From the human T2T-CHM13v2.0 reference genome, Homo sapiens: a stretch of 64,000 nucleotides of DNA. The translations under genes were made by a program, and so were the position numbers. Below, in pieces: positions 19,645-43,902 of the stretch. Below the pieces are notes generated by a model. It made no database searches and was not told the DNA's origin. It worked only from the letters and a program-made list of their open reading frames with translations. Location: the NCBI RefSeq assembly GCF_009914755.1, contig NC_060941.1; one strand, given 5' to 3'. Within the stretch, counting starts at the first letter, position 1, and each line of letters starts with the position of its first letter.

Positions 19645-20245
<601 letters not shown>

Positions 20246-20309
20246 TGATCCACCCCCCTCTGCCTCCCAAAGTGCTGGGATTCTAGGCATGAGCCACCGT
20301 GCCCGGCCA

Positions 20310-21835
<1,526 letters not shown>

Positions 21836-22013
21836 AGATGGACATATCAAAAGGAAATGAGACTTTTGCCCATACTAGATTTAGTAACACAGAGCCCCAG
21901 AGCCACCACCTCCCTTTACCAAATTCTAAACCAGGGCTATTCATGTCAACCCCTGCTGTCGGTGGCTCACACCTGTAATCCCAGCACTTTGGGAGGCCAA
22001 GGCAGGCGGATCA

Positions 22014-23761
<1,748 letters not shown>

Positions 23762-23776
23762 GTCACCTGGGGAGCT

Positions 23777-25112
<1,336 letters not shown>

Positions 25113-25114
25113 AA

Positions 25115-25321
<207 letters not shown>

Positions 25322-25446
25322 TAGCCAGGATGGTCTCGATTTCCTGACCTTGTGATCCACCCGCGTCAGCCTCCCAAAGTGCTGGGATTACAGGCGTGAG
25401 CCACCACACCCGGCCTAAAATAATTTTTTAAATATAAAATATATAT

Positions 25447-25560
25447 TTTAAAAAATCCTGACACCCAGACAGCATCCTTGACCATTTGAACCAGAATCTC
25501 TGAAGGTCGACCCAGGCATGAGGATTTTTTAAAAGCTCCCCAGGAGATTCTAGAACTACC
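25447..25560 (+). mobile_element. MER5A-like hAT DNA transposon fragment; its 5' pieces lie at ~21930-21957 and 23762-23776
   Basis: ttttaaaagctccccaggagattct here and the complementary tcacctggggagct at 23763. Confidence 0.6.
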
Positions 25561-26666
25561 CCTTCGAACTGAATGGGGCTGGGGTGGAGGGAGCAGACAG
25601 ACTGCAGTGGGGAGCCCTTTCTCAGCTTTGGGGTGGGTTTCCGAGGGAGGTAGATGGATATTGGCACAGATTGCCTTAAAGGAGCGGGAGCGCCTGAGGG
25701 CATGGAGAATCTCGTCCTTGTGAAAGCTCCAGTGCCTTAGGCACGGTCCCTCTTGGACTCTGGTGGGGACCGAGTGAGAAGTTTGGCCGGTGCCCTCCTG
25801 TGCTGTAATTCTGTATCAATCTGGTGACCATTTCAATGAACCCACCTCTGGATTTTTCCAGCTGCTGAACAGGCCTTGGAGGGCGGGGTCAAGCTTGACA
25901 AGCAGGGGCAGGGATTGAGGGGAGGCAGTGTCCCGCCGGAATGGCTGGGCCTGAAGAGGAATGGGAGCAAGGTGAGAGGGTGGGACATGAGTGGGGAGTG
26001 CATCCAGAGAGGCTGACGGGGCCTTGAGCACCAGGCTGAGCACCGTGGGGACCATGGCAGGGTTCTGAGAGGGGCATGGTCAGGTGGGTGCTCAGAAAGA
26101 TCACTCGGGCAGCCAGGGAGGGCATGGACCAGAGGGCCAAGGACCAAGGCTAGAAGACCAGTGAGGAGGTGAGAGATGGCGAGGCTGCATTTGAGGGGCT
26201 CCAGTGGTGGGGAGGAAATGAGAACAAGATGGGCTTATTGGTCTTGGTGTCTGGGGAGCTTCAGCCTGACCACCAGCACCCCTCCTGGAGAGGGCATGGT
26301 ACAGCCCCTCACGGGAGCTTTGTGGGACCACCAGGAAGCAGGCAGGAGCAGCTCTGGTCTGTTTCTCAGATGGAAAACCTGATCACCCCACTGGGCAGCC
26401 TATAGCCTGGTCTCCCTCCTGGTCTTCAGCAGCTCTGATGGACCCAGAGGGCAGCTTCACCCAGAGGGAAGCTCCACAGCTGGGCAAATACCAGTCATGT
26501 AGGACGTGCTGAGACCGTGACCCCCAAGGCTGGGTCCGGCAGCCCCGAGGCAGAGAGGCCTTTCCTTTTAAGGGTGTCATTTGCTGAGAATTTACCACGT
26601 GCTGAGCTCTGTACCAGGCGCTTGGCACAAGGACTTCATTTACCGTCACAAGAACCCTGCAGTACT

Positions 26667-28464
<1,798 letters not shown>

Positions 28465-28999
28465 TCACACAATTTTTAAGTAGCAAAGCTTGGATTCAAG
28501 CTCAGGGCTGTGTGACCTTAAGGATGACTCTTTTCGTCGCTGCCCTGGAGGGCTGTACCATGGGAACAGAGGTGTGGGGTCCCAAAAGTCTGTACCAGTG
28601 TCCAAGGCTAAGCGGGGATGGGAGGTCACTGGGCTGGTGTCACAGGCACTCCTGTGACACCACAGGGACCTCTGCCCCAAAAGCAGCAGCTATGGCTCCT
28701 ACCCGGACCAGACCTTGGCATCCTGAGCCCCTGTGAAACAGGCAGTTCTTCCCAAGGAGTGGCCACGGACCCGCCCAGGAGCCTCAGCTGTACCCTGGAC
28801 TGCAGCCCCGTCACCTCCTGAGCCAGCCCTTCCCTCTCCCTCCCTCCGCCAAGACCACTTCTCACCACTGTCCTGCTCAGGGACTTAGGGTGCCTCAGAC
28901 GCTTCCAGAAAATTCAACAAAGCCAGCTGTTCCAGCTGCTGAGAAAGAACGTATATCCAGATGCAGAAAATGTACGCACAAACCTTTTTTTTTTCTTTT

Positions 29000-30880
29000 T
29001 AACTCAAGAAAGGGCTTTTATTGTTTTTAACTCACTTCCTGGGAAGTTAATTTTTAAAACACTCTTATAGAGTTTGCTCATCGCTTGTGCTACATTCAAA
29101 AACAACGATGCCAACCAAAACCCTCAGTGACAGGGTGAGCATCCCACCTGGGCCTACCCCTGAGCTTTCCAAGGGTGGGTCCGATCAAAGTGGTCCCCCC
29201 AGACCAGATGCTCAAGAAACACTTGGGGATCAGTGATTGGCTCTTAACTTGCCTTCCACTAACTCTATAAAAGTGTTCTTAAAAACAGTACCGAGTAACT
29301 TTTTAAGCCTCGGGCCACACTGCCTTAGCCCAGAGGAGCCGGGGAGAAACGTGGACCCACTGACAATGGGGCACATTCGGCTCCTAGCCTTAAATAGACG
29401 TAGAAACTGTATTACAGATGCATGTACCAGTGCAGGACATACGAGTGAGCTGTGTGCAACAGATGAGCACGCGACATGCACCCACAGGCGCGGAGATGCA
29501 GCGGGATCCGGGTTTCTCCCCCAGCCAGCCTCCCTTCTCCAAACAAGCCCTCCTCCAACAGGACACCCACACCTGTGGCCAAAAGCCCTTGTCCATCCAT
29601 GTTTCCAGGGCAGTGTCCGAGTCCTGCGTGACCCTGTGGGGGTCAACCTCTATGAGCATTCGGTCAGCAAATGCCACGTCGGCCAGCCGGACACTGATCC
29701 CAGAGAGAAGGTGAAGGCTGCTCCGGAAGAGCTGTGTCTGCACGCGCTCCAGCACCCCCGCTCTGAGCAGGCTGACTGCTGATGTCCTCAGGGTGAGGCA
29801 ATTGCCGCAGAGGCCACCTGCCAGCGTGCACACCCCTCCAGGTTCTGTGTCTCGTGATCCCTTCAACCTGGACAGTTTGTCCTTCGTTGTAGGAGTGTGA
29901 GTGCAGCTCTTGGGCCCAGATGGGTAGGCCGGTGTAGGAGGAGAGGCTGGGTTCCAGTTATTTCAGCATGCGCAGGGCCACAGGCCTGTCGCGTCCATGG
30001 CCCTCGGTCAAAGTCAGCCCTGGTGTCTTCTCCAGCCTCAGCTCTAGGGGCATCATCAAGGGAGAGAGTGAGATGGGCAGGGACGATGTGGTGCTTCCGC
30101 TTCAGGCCTCTGCTCAGAGCTTGATTCCGTTCAGTCCACTTTCCAGATAACGCCGAATGCGAAACACAGTCCAGGAAAGTTAGTTCCATCCACTTGGCTG
30201 CCAAATAATCTTGGGCTGTGCTGGGAACCACGGAAGATGTAGGAAAGCTCGTGAGATGTTCCCAAGCAGGGCCTCTCCCCGAACCCCCAGGTTAAAAACA
30301 AAAGTAAAAGACAACAAAAAAGGAATCAGAATTCTCCAACACTGGCCCTGTCCCCAGTGAGGGGTCCGAGCCCCCATACCAGCGTCTGAATAGACAAGAG
30401 CTCTGGTGCCACCACCCCAAGGTGGGCAGGGTACCCCCCTCTCCACCATATGCCTGTGGCAGCTGAGCCAGGCCTGCCCGGCCCCAGCGGGAGGTCTCTT
30501 CCGTTGTGGTAAGCCTGGCCTCCACCTGCCATCTTGGTCTCCTGCCTCTGCCTCCTGCCCCAGGCCATGCCAACCAGCCGGGTGGCATTTCTGAGGCTCC
30601 ATGGGCACCCGGTTTCCCCACAGAATGGGTCAGGCCAAGGAGGGCCAAGAAGAGGAGGATGGCCTCGTGGGAGCCCTGCCCCCAAGACCCCAAATGACAT
30701 ACATTCCAGTCTGTCCCTGGACGTGCGTGCGTGGAGGTCATGCAGCACGATGGGGGAGGGGCGGGAGTGGGGCTGCAGTCCCCAGCCCCCTGCCTGCGGG
30801 GGCGGCTGTTGCATGAGGGGTGGGCCTCTGGAGGCGCGGGATGAGTGTGCTGCCGGGTGGCCCTGGGTGCATGCAGGGGC
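29000..30880 (-). other. CAMKK1: CAMKK1 3'UTR (~1.9 kb; 3' end approximate)
   Basis: Alu-free sequence between the stop codon and the polyA signal. Confidence 0.85.
29017..29022 (-). terminator. CAMKK1: CAMKK1 distal polyadenylation signal AATAAA
   Basis: TTTATT on the plus strand, ~1.86 kb downstream of the stop codon. Confidence 0.85.
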
Positions 30881-30953
30881 TCAGGATGCAGCCTCGTCTT
30901 CCTGGACGCCGGGGAGCTCTGGGCTCTTGCCCCCTTCACCAAACCCTTCTTTC
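30881..30953 (-). CDS. CAMKK1: CAMKK1 exon 16 coding part (KEGFGEGGKSPELPGVQEDEAAS*)
   Basis: 73 nt to TGA; the spliced CDS totals 505 codons plus stop. Confidence 0.96.
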
Positions 30954-31198
30954 CTGTTCAGGGGACACCAGGGAGAGAGGGACCTCAGGGTCAGAATATG
31001 CACTCAGGGAGACACTCTCCCTCACACACACAGGAATCTGAATCCCACATCTCTCAAAGCCCCCTTCACCCACTGCCCCAAGCTTGGCCTCCCTCTGGCC
31101 TCCCTACATCACGGCAGTTGCTCCTTGCCGGTCTCTCAGCCCCCAGTCTCAGCCCGCAACGCCTCCGTGGCCCCCCATTGACCAGAGATGAAGTCTAA

Positions 31199-31423
<225 letters not shown>

Positions 31424-31882
31424 TGAGTAGCTGAGACTACAGGCACATGCCACCACGCCCAGCTAATTTTTGTATTTTTTTATCTCTATAAAAACAGGGT
31501 TTCACCATGTTGCCCAGGCTGGTCTCAAACTCCTGGGCTCAAGTGATCCATCCACCTCAGCCTCCTAAAGTGTTGGGATTGCAGGCGTGAGCCACCGTGC
31601 CCGGCCTGAGGGCCTTCTGTGTTGACCTCAGTCATCCTCCAGCAGATCTGGGTAGAGAGGCTTTCATTTTGCATTTTTCTTTGCCTTGTTCACAGGGCAG
31701 AGTCCATCTATCAGTCTTGGGATTCTGTCACATATTCAACAGATTTCTATATCTAATTTTCCTCCCAAAATGTCTCTTTTTAAAATAACCAGTAAATGGG
31801 TTTTGATATCTTTAAAAAGGACCAACTCCACTTAACTCTACTACTGAGTTTCTACAATTATCCCAAAGTATAAAAAACTCTA

Positions 31883-32197
<315 letters not shown>

Positions 32198-32496
32198 CTA
32201 TCAAGGATAAATATTGGGACTTGATGATGAAGTAAAATCTTCTTTCAAAGTTAAACGTGGAGGCTGGGTGTGGTGGCTCATGCCTGTAATCACCTGGCAC
32301 TTTCGGAGGCCAAGGTGGGCAAATGGCTTGAGGCCAGGAGTTTAAGTCCAGCCTGGGCAACATGGCAAGACTCCATCTCTATTTTTTTTTTAAAAAGCTC
32401 TACCCCAAATTAAACTTGGGTCACAGAATTCTAGAATTTTATAGCTGGAAAGTATTAAGCCCAATCTTGTCACTCTGTTTGCCAGGTACAAACTAG

Positions 32497-33096
<600 letters not shown>

Positions 33097-33845
33097 TAGT
33101 AGAGACGGGGTTTCACCGTGTTAGCCAGGATGGTCTCGATCTCCTGACCCTGTGATCCACCAGCCTCGGCCTCCCAAAGTGCTGGGATTACAGGCGTGAG
33201 CCACCGCACCCGGCCGTGCTGGCATAATTATTAATGGCTTCCCCTTTCACTCTCAAAAATGTCCCCATTTGGACGTCACATTATATATGCCCCCTCTCCC
33301 CCTACACTAAGCACAATTCCAGCATCAGGGGCCTACATTCCTGGATGAGCTCAGAGAATCCTCCCCCAACCGCAACCACCTCCCTGAAGAGATGACAGAA
33401 AAGCTGCAGTTGGGACCTCCAGGCCTCTCCCAGGCCCCCCACCTCATTATGAGGCTCTCCCTGGGTGCAAGCCACCTCCAGCAGGGAGCAGATGTCAGCT
33501 TGTCCACTACGAGGGGTCCCGACCCTTCTGAAGGGCCCTCTTATGAGAGGGAGGCCTCACGGGAAACCAACATGGTGGTCCCGGACAGGCCTGGTGACAG
33601 CGTGAAGCCAAGGCACCCGGACAGCGCCTGGCACTCACCCCTCTGGGGAGTGCGCCTTCCACACAGAGCAGGCCAGGGTGGGGCAAACAACTCCCACCAG
33701 CCCCTTCCCCAAAGCTTCCCTCCGGGGCCAGAGGAAGGCAGTGGCTGTCCCAGGACCACGCTGTGGTTCAGGACCCCACTGGTTTTCTCTCTGCAGGTTT
33801 GTGTACAAACTCCAGCACAGGCCTTATTAGCATCCCAGACTGGCT

Positions 33846-33851
33846 TTTATT
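33846..33851 (-). terminator. CAMKK1: Candidate intronic polyadenylation signal in CAMKK1 intron 15
   Basis: AATAAA on the minus strand ~730 nt after the exon 15 donor, where read-through gives GTG TAA. Confidence 0.55.
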
Positions 33852-34577
33852 ATAGTGAAGAAGGTGGATCTGCTGAGGACGAGGCGCACAGGCTTGGGGA
33901 GCTGCTTTTCTGGACCCTCCTAGGAGGTGGTGAACCCACAGGCGTGGCTCACCATAGGGAGCCCTCGGCCAATGCGGGTTCCTCTCCCGTGGTCCACCGG
34001 CCAGCCTGTCCCTGCTTACTCACTGAACAAGCACTCACAAAGTGCTGACTGGGCGCAGAGCCCCAGCAATGGCTGCAGGCAGCCTGGGCCACTTGGGAGA
34101 GCAGCCAACAGTCCCCAGGGCCAGGCAGAGGGGCCAGCACCCCTCCTCTACAGCCCGCCAGCCTCCTACAGGAAGCCAACATCAGCCTGTCTGCAAACCT
34201 CTGCCAGGCTGCCAAGGGCTGAGGGGGCCACAGATTTGAAGCCCCAGAGGGGCTGGACCCAGTGAGAGAGTGACATCAAGCTGCATGGAAGAAGGGTCTT
34301 CCTGTCCCATGGAGGGGCTGCGTGAGCTCCTCATCCCTGGAAGTGTGTGTGTGAGGGATGCTGGCCCCAGGAATGAAGCAAGAGCTGGGCCCAAAAGGTC
34401 CCTTCTAGCCCCGACTAACCTTGGGGACAGAGATGCAAATGGGGCCAACACCGAGACCTGGCCAAGTCCCCAGGCTCTGGCCTTGGCCCAACGACAGTGA
34501 GAGTGGGAGGATGGGCCTCAGACCTCCCCACCCAACTCCAGGGAGTGCCCGGCAGTCCCTGGCCCACCAGTACTTAC

Positions 34578-34681
34578 ACCAGTAGGTTTCCTGGAGCAGA
34601 CATGGATCGCTCTTCCCTCCGTGCTTGGGGCTCAAACGGGTTCCCAAAGGAACGCTTCCTCAGCATGGACTTCACCAGGAT
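34578..34681 (-). CDS. CAMKK1: CAMKK1 exon 15 (ILVKSMLRKRSFGNPFEPQARREERSMSAPGNLL)
   Basis: 104 nt; CaM-binding region with RKRS site; donor GT|GTAAGT. Confidence 0.96.
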
Positions 34682-35269
34682 CTGAGGAGGACAAGGCAGC
34701 GTGAGGAGCACAGGTCCCAGGCTCCCAGACACACAGCCTCTGCTCCGATTCCCCAAGAGCAGCTGCCAAGGGGGCCGCAGTGTGGGTCCCATCTCAATCA
34801 GCACAGCATGAAATGGCAGAGGCAAGAACACGGGGCGCTGGCAGCTGGGGGCATATTCCTGGAATGGTGAGGAGCCGGATGCCGCTGGTACATGAGGAGG
34901 GGGCCGGGACCAGCCCATGAAGGGTCCGCAAGGCCAGGCTGAAAGAGTGGGGAGGGCCAGGGCTGGAAGTGGGAGTCCATTAGAAGATACCTTCTCGCTA
35001 CGGCAGCAATGCCATGGAGGGATGCTGTGCCATCCTTCCCGCCTTCCGGCCGCCGAGAAGATGCCAAGATGCTACTGCAGGGCGGCCCGGGAAGCGGCTG
35101 AGCCGCAGCCGGTGGCCCAGTCAGTGGGGCTGCCAGGAGGGGAACAGCTGCCGCAGCCTGGCTCTCTGCCTTTGTCCCTCCTCCGTGACAAGGACGGTTC
35201 CATGCCGTGCCCACAGACACGCCGACTCACACGCATGCAGAGAGGCAGCGGCACACTTGCCAGTCCCTT

Positions 35270-36280
<1,011 letters not shown>

Positions 36281-36589
36281 GGGGACCCCGTGGGAGTTGC
36301 CTGGTTCCAGCGACCCCACAGAGTCAAGTAAGCATAGGGGGCAGGGATTGAGCCAGCTGGTCCCAGCTGGGCCGGGACCCTGCAGAGGGGGATAAAGTGC
36401 AAGGCCAGGCCCCGCCAACGGCAGTGGCCCTGGCTCTCCTCCTGGCCTTGTGCTTGCCCTGACTCACTTGACTGTCAGGCAGGGGCAGGGCAGGGCTCTC
36501 AGTGGCCCCAGGTGGCCACGGGGGACTATGTGAATCACTTCCAAGTGCCAACACAGAAGCTGAGCAGAGGAAGAGGAGCAAAACCGAAA

Positions 36590-37120
36590 TGTGAGCGGGC
36601 ACTAGGGGAGACACAGGCACTGTCTAATGGATACGCAGGATCTGGGGGAGATGCAGGCACCGTCTAACTGATACGCGGGCTCTGGGGGAGAAGCAGGCGC
36701 CGTCTAACTGATACACAGGATCTGGGGGAGAAGCAGGCGCCGTCTAACTGATACGTGGGCTCTGGGGGAGAAGCAGGCGCCGTCTAACTGATACGTGGGC
36801 TCTGGGGGAGAAGCAGGCGCCGTCTAACTGATACGTGGGCTCTGGGGGAGAAGCAGGCGCCGTCTAACTGATACGTGGGCTCTGGGGGAGAAGCAGGCGC
36901 CGTCTAACTGATACGTGGGCACGGGGGAGATGCAGGCACCGTCTAACTGATACACAGGATCTGGGGGAGACGCAGGCACTGCCTGATTGATACGCGGGCG
37001 CTGGGGGAGACGCAGGCCCATCTAACTGATATGTGGGCTCTGGGGGAGACACAGGTGCTGCCTAACTGATACGTGGGCTCTGGGGGAGACGCAGGCGCCG
37101 CCTAACTGATACGTGGGCTT
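36590..37120. repeat. 40-bp minisatellite (~13 copies) in CAMKK1 intron 14, consensus CGTCTAACTGATACGTGGGCTCTGGGGGAGAAGCAGGCGC
   Basis: Units start at 36661, 36701, 36741, 36781, 36821, 36861 and 36901; identical central copies and degenerate flanks. Confidence 0.97.
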
Positions 37121-37214
37121 TGGGGCCACTCCTCCAATCCAAAGGCTGCCCAGGCCGTTCCCCTGCCTTGTCCTCGGCACCTTGTGCAGTGCCTGGAGAA
37201 CGGAAGCTCAGTAA

Positions 37215-37815
<601 letters not shown>

Positions 37816-38116
37816 TGACCTCGTGATCTGCCCGCCTTGGCCTCCCAAAGTGCTGGGATTACAGGCGTGAGCCACCGCGCCCGGCCCCACGCCCGCTATT
37901 TCTTTAAATCAGTCACTCTCCTCACCAAGCCTCCTGGTCTCCCGACCACAAGACCTCCCTCTCCATGGGCCTCCAGCAGAATGGCGGCTCCAGTGGCCCA
38001 GGATCACAGCTGGCTGGCCAGGCAGGCCTCTGTCCCCCCAAGGAGCCAGGCACAGAGCAAGGCTCAGGTCCCCCAGGCCCTCCAGGACAAGGGAGCATCT
38101 ACCCCGGCTCTCTTAC

Positions 38117-38245
38117 CACCGTGGTCCAGCTGGGGATGAGCCTGACTGAGTTCTTAACCTCCTCCTCTGTCACCTCCACCACGCTGCAGTGCTCCTCCTC
38201 CGAAGGAAGGGGCTCCTCCCCGTTCTTGGTCACCCAAGGGTGCAA
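38117..38245 (-). CDS. CAMKK1: CAMKK1 exon 14 (LHPWVTKNGEEPLP...VRLIPSWTTV)
   Basis: 129 nt; donor GTG|GTAAGA; start of the autoinhibitory/CaM-binding segment. Confidence 0.96.
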
Positions 38246-38301
38246 CTGTCGGGGCCGGGAGGGCAGGGAGAGGGGGAGAGGTCAGGCCATTACCAGAATC
38301 A

Positions 38302-38772
<471 letters not shown>

Positions 38773-38851
38773 TTATGGGACACCAGAGGCCTTCAGACCC
38801 ACTCACCACCTCGTCCTTTTCTACACCCAGAGAAGATCCTCTCTCATTTGA

Positions 38852-39200
<349 letters not shown>

Positions 39201-39962
39201 TAGCCAGGATGATCTCGATCTCCTGATCTCATGATCCGCCTGCCTTGGCCTCCCAAAGTGCTGGGATTACAGGCGTGAGCCACCACGCCCGGCCAAACCC
39301 CAGGTTTCTTTGCCACCAGTGGTCTTGGGGAGCCCATCCTTCCAAGACTAGGGAGCAGAAAGCCACTCTCAGGACTGTTGACTTCGGTTCCCCCTGTTGT
39401 CTTAGATGCTTCATCCCTTTTAAAATTCCTGGGCTGAGGGGAAAGACACCCCTCAGCAGGGGGTATAGCAGGAAGAGAGGCACCAGGGGTACAACTGTGG
39501 AGGCAGGGAGGGAAGGCAACCACAGGATGAGGAGGAAATGGACAGAAGCCAGCTGGCTGGTGCTCGGGAAAGGGAGTGAGGCGGCCCCAGACGAGCGGGT
39601 GGCAGAACCCGGAGACGTGTGAATGCTAGCGCCAGGGTGTGGCTTTGAGAAGCTTCAGACAAACTTCAGGCAAGAGATGCAGGCAGATTTGTTGTGCTTT
39701 ATCAGGGCTGTCCCCGCCTGAATGTGTTGGCTGGACTGGAGGGAGGCCAGCAGCAGCGAGACCAGGGGGAAGGTGGCTAGATAAGTCTGGGGAGGGGCCT
39801 GAGGCCTGAATGAGGCAAGGGGTATAAGTGGCAACAAGGCCCAGAGACAGGGAAGAGGAGGGCTCAGCAGGGCTTGGGGACCACACAGGAAATAAGCAGA
39901 AGAGAGCAGGAGTCGCTGAGTACAAGTCCCGTTTCATTTTCTTTTTTTGTTTGTTGTTTTTT

Positions 39963-40002
<40 letters not shown>

Positions 40003-40003
40003 A

Positions 40004-40111
<108 letters not shown>

Positions 40112-41181
40112 TAGCTGGGACTACAGGCGCCCGCCACCACGCCCGGCTAATTTTTTTTCTATTTTTAGTAGAGATGGGGTTTCACCGTGTTAGCCAGGAT
40201 GGTCTCGATCTCCTGACCTCGTGATCCGCCCTCCTTGGCCTCCCAAAGTGCTGGAATTACAGGTGTGAGCCGCCGCACCCGGCCTTATTCAGTTTCTTTC
40301 TTCTGTTTTTTTTTTTTGAGACAGAGTCTTGCTCTGTCGCCCAGGCTCACTGCAACCTCTGCCTCCTGGGTTCAAGCAATTCTCGTGCTTCAGCCTCCCG
40401 AGTAGCTGGGACTACAGATGTGCGCCACCACGCCTGGCTAATTTTTGTATTTTTAGTAGAGATGGGGTTTCACCATGTTGGCCAGGCTGGTCTCTAACTC
40501 CTAACCTCAGGTGATCTGCCCACCTCAGCCTCCCAAAGTGCTGGGATTACAGGCGTGAGCCACCGCACCCGGCCTCCATTTCACTCCTGAAATCCACTGC
40601 TGAAAAGAGGAGCCTGGGAGCTCAGGCTGTGGCTGCCACGGTGGCCGTCATGAGGCGAACCATGCATGAGCAAGAGGCCTCCCCGACATCCCTGCTACGC
40701 TCAGAGACCTCGGTCACAATGGGAAGAGTGGGGAGGAAGAGTGGCTTGAGTCCCAGCCCCCTGACCGCTCTCCTCCAGAGCATCCTCTTTTCCATCTGTG
40801 AAATGGGGAGCACGCACTGGCATCTTGAAGTTCCCTGACCCTGAGTGGGGGAAGGAGAAGTTCCCCTTGAGTCCAGGGGCTGGGTGGGGCTGGCGCCACT
40901 GACCCCAGGCAGGCCTGCGGTGAAGGAGTGGTGTGAATGATGCCTGTGGTCATCCCTGGCCAACCCTGGATCTCAGGGTTCCCATCCACACAGTGACGTT
41001 GCGGAGACCCTTGGCTCCAGAGTCCCTCCCGTCCATCTATTCAGGGGTCCCTCCCAGGGAACAGCACCGCCACCTTCATATCTGCAGGCTGGGGTGGGGT
41101 CCTCAGAGGGCAAAAGCTCTGCTAAAACTCAGACACCAGGAGCGGGTGGTAGCCCCCTTGTTCCCCTGGGTGGACAACTCA

Positions 41182-41316
<135 letters not shown>

Positions 41317-41941
41317 TCAACCCCCCTCCCTTGGTGGGGGCAGGGGTAGGGGGCAGGTCTGGGCTCCCATTACATGAGAAGGACCTCAACTCACACTGTA
41401 AATGTTCAACAAATGTTGACTGAATGAATGAGTTGCTGAGGGAACAATGAGGCTGGGTGCATCCACCGCCGTTACTGCCACCCGCGGCCAAGCCAGGCCA
41501 GGCTGGGTGCACCCACCACCATTACCGCCACCTGTGGCCAGGCCTCCACTCCCAGGGCCTGGGGCTTGGGAACATGTTCACTGAAATTCCCCCCTGCCCC
41601 TTAGTGTGGTCACCAGAGCAGGCACACCTGCGGGCAGGGATCACCGATACGTCAGCGTTGGGTGTCCCCAGGGTCCAGCCTCAGCCAGGGTAGGGGTGAA
41701 GGACAATTTGTCGAATAAATGAGCAAGGGAGTGAACACATGGCTCAATAAGTGAATGGCGTCAAGGGACAGAGGGACGGGGAGCACTCTGGCTGGGGCGG
41801 TGGCAACACCATCGTCGGCACCTCCCCTTAGGTGTCTGCTGTCCTGCGACTCCTTCGCGAGAATCGCTCCGCAGGGGACCAGAGAAAGATAGAAAAAGCC
41901 TCTTCTCTCTCAGCCTTCTCTGAGCCAGGTGGGCTCTTTCA

Positions 41942-42112
<171 letters not shown>

Positions 42113-42739
42113 TCAGTCCCCAACAGGCACAGCCACCTCTGCCCACCCAGCTCCAGCGGGCTGCAGGAGAGGCCTGCAGGGAACCTCTTTCCTCTGTCAT
42201 GTACTCACTCGACAAACACTCCGCGGTACTTGCCCGATGCTGGGCCCCGTGCTGAGTGCTGAGGACACAGGGGCGGCCAGAACAAGGCCTCCACCCTCCA
42301 GGGGTTCTGGGTTTCCTTGGGAAAGACTCTAACCAGGTACGTTTCCAACTCAACAGGTACAAAACCTCCTTCATCCAGAGGGTCACACGGGCCGCTCCCG
42401 TGCCACAGACGCACCCCAGGAATGATGGTATATATGGAACTTCTGCTCACTAAACCAGCTCGGGCTTCAAGGAGTCATCCCTTCTCCTCATAATCCACCT
42501 TCTTCCTGATATTGCAAACAGCCCCTGCCCACACAGAGGCCCTGTCCTCTCACGCCCTCATCCACCGCCACTGCAACAACTCCTCTGGGCTCCCAAACAC
42601 CCCTGGGCCTCCCCGCGCCCTGGACTCCAGCGTGTGCTCTCTCTACCTTCTGCTCCGGAACGCCACCTCTTCTGGTATCCACTTTCTCGCTTATATGAGT
42701 GATTCTCGATCTCTACCTACATATTCCTGCCCCAGATGC

Positions 42740-43902
<1,163 letters not shown>

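Noticed and set aside
29237-29782. 181-aa plus-strand ORF antisense to the CAMKK1 3'UTR
   Set aside because: TTG start, no recognisable homology and no supporting promoter or splice structure.
36590-37120. CRISPR-like appearance of the regular repeats
   Set aside because: Head-to-tail units with no unique spacers and no cas genes in human DNA; it is a minisatellite.
41853-41862. CTTCGCGAGA resembling the TCTCGCGAGA (BANP/Kaiso) motif
   Set aside because: Imperfect match outside a promoter CpG island; insufficient support.
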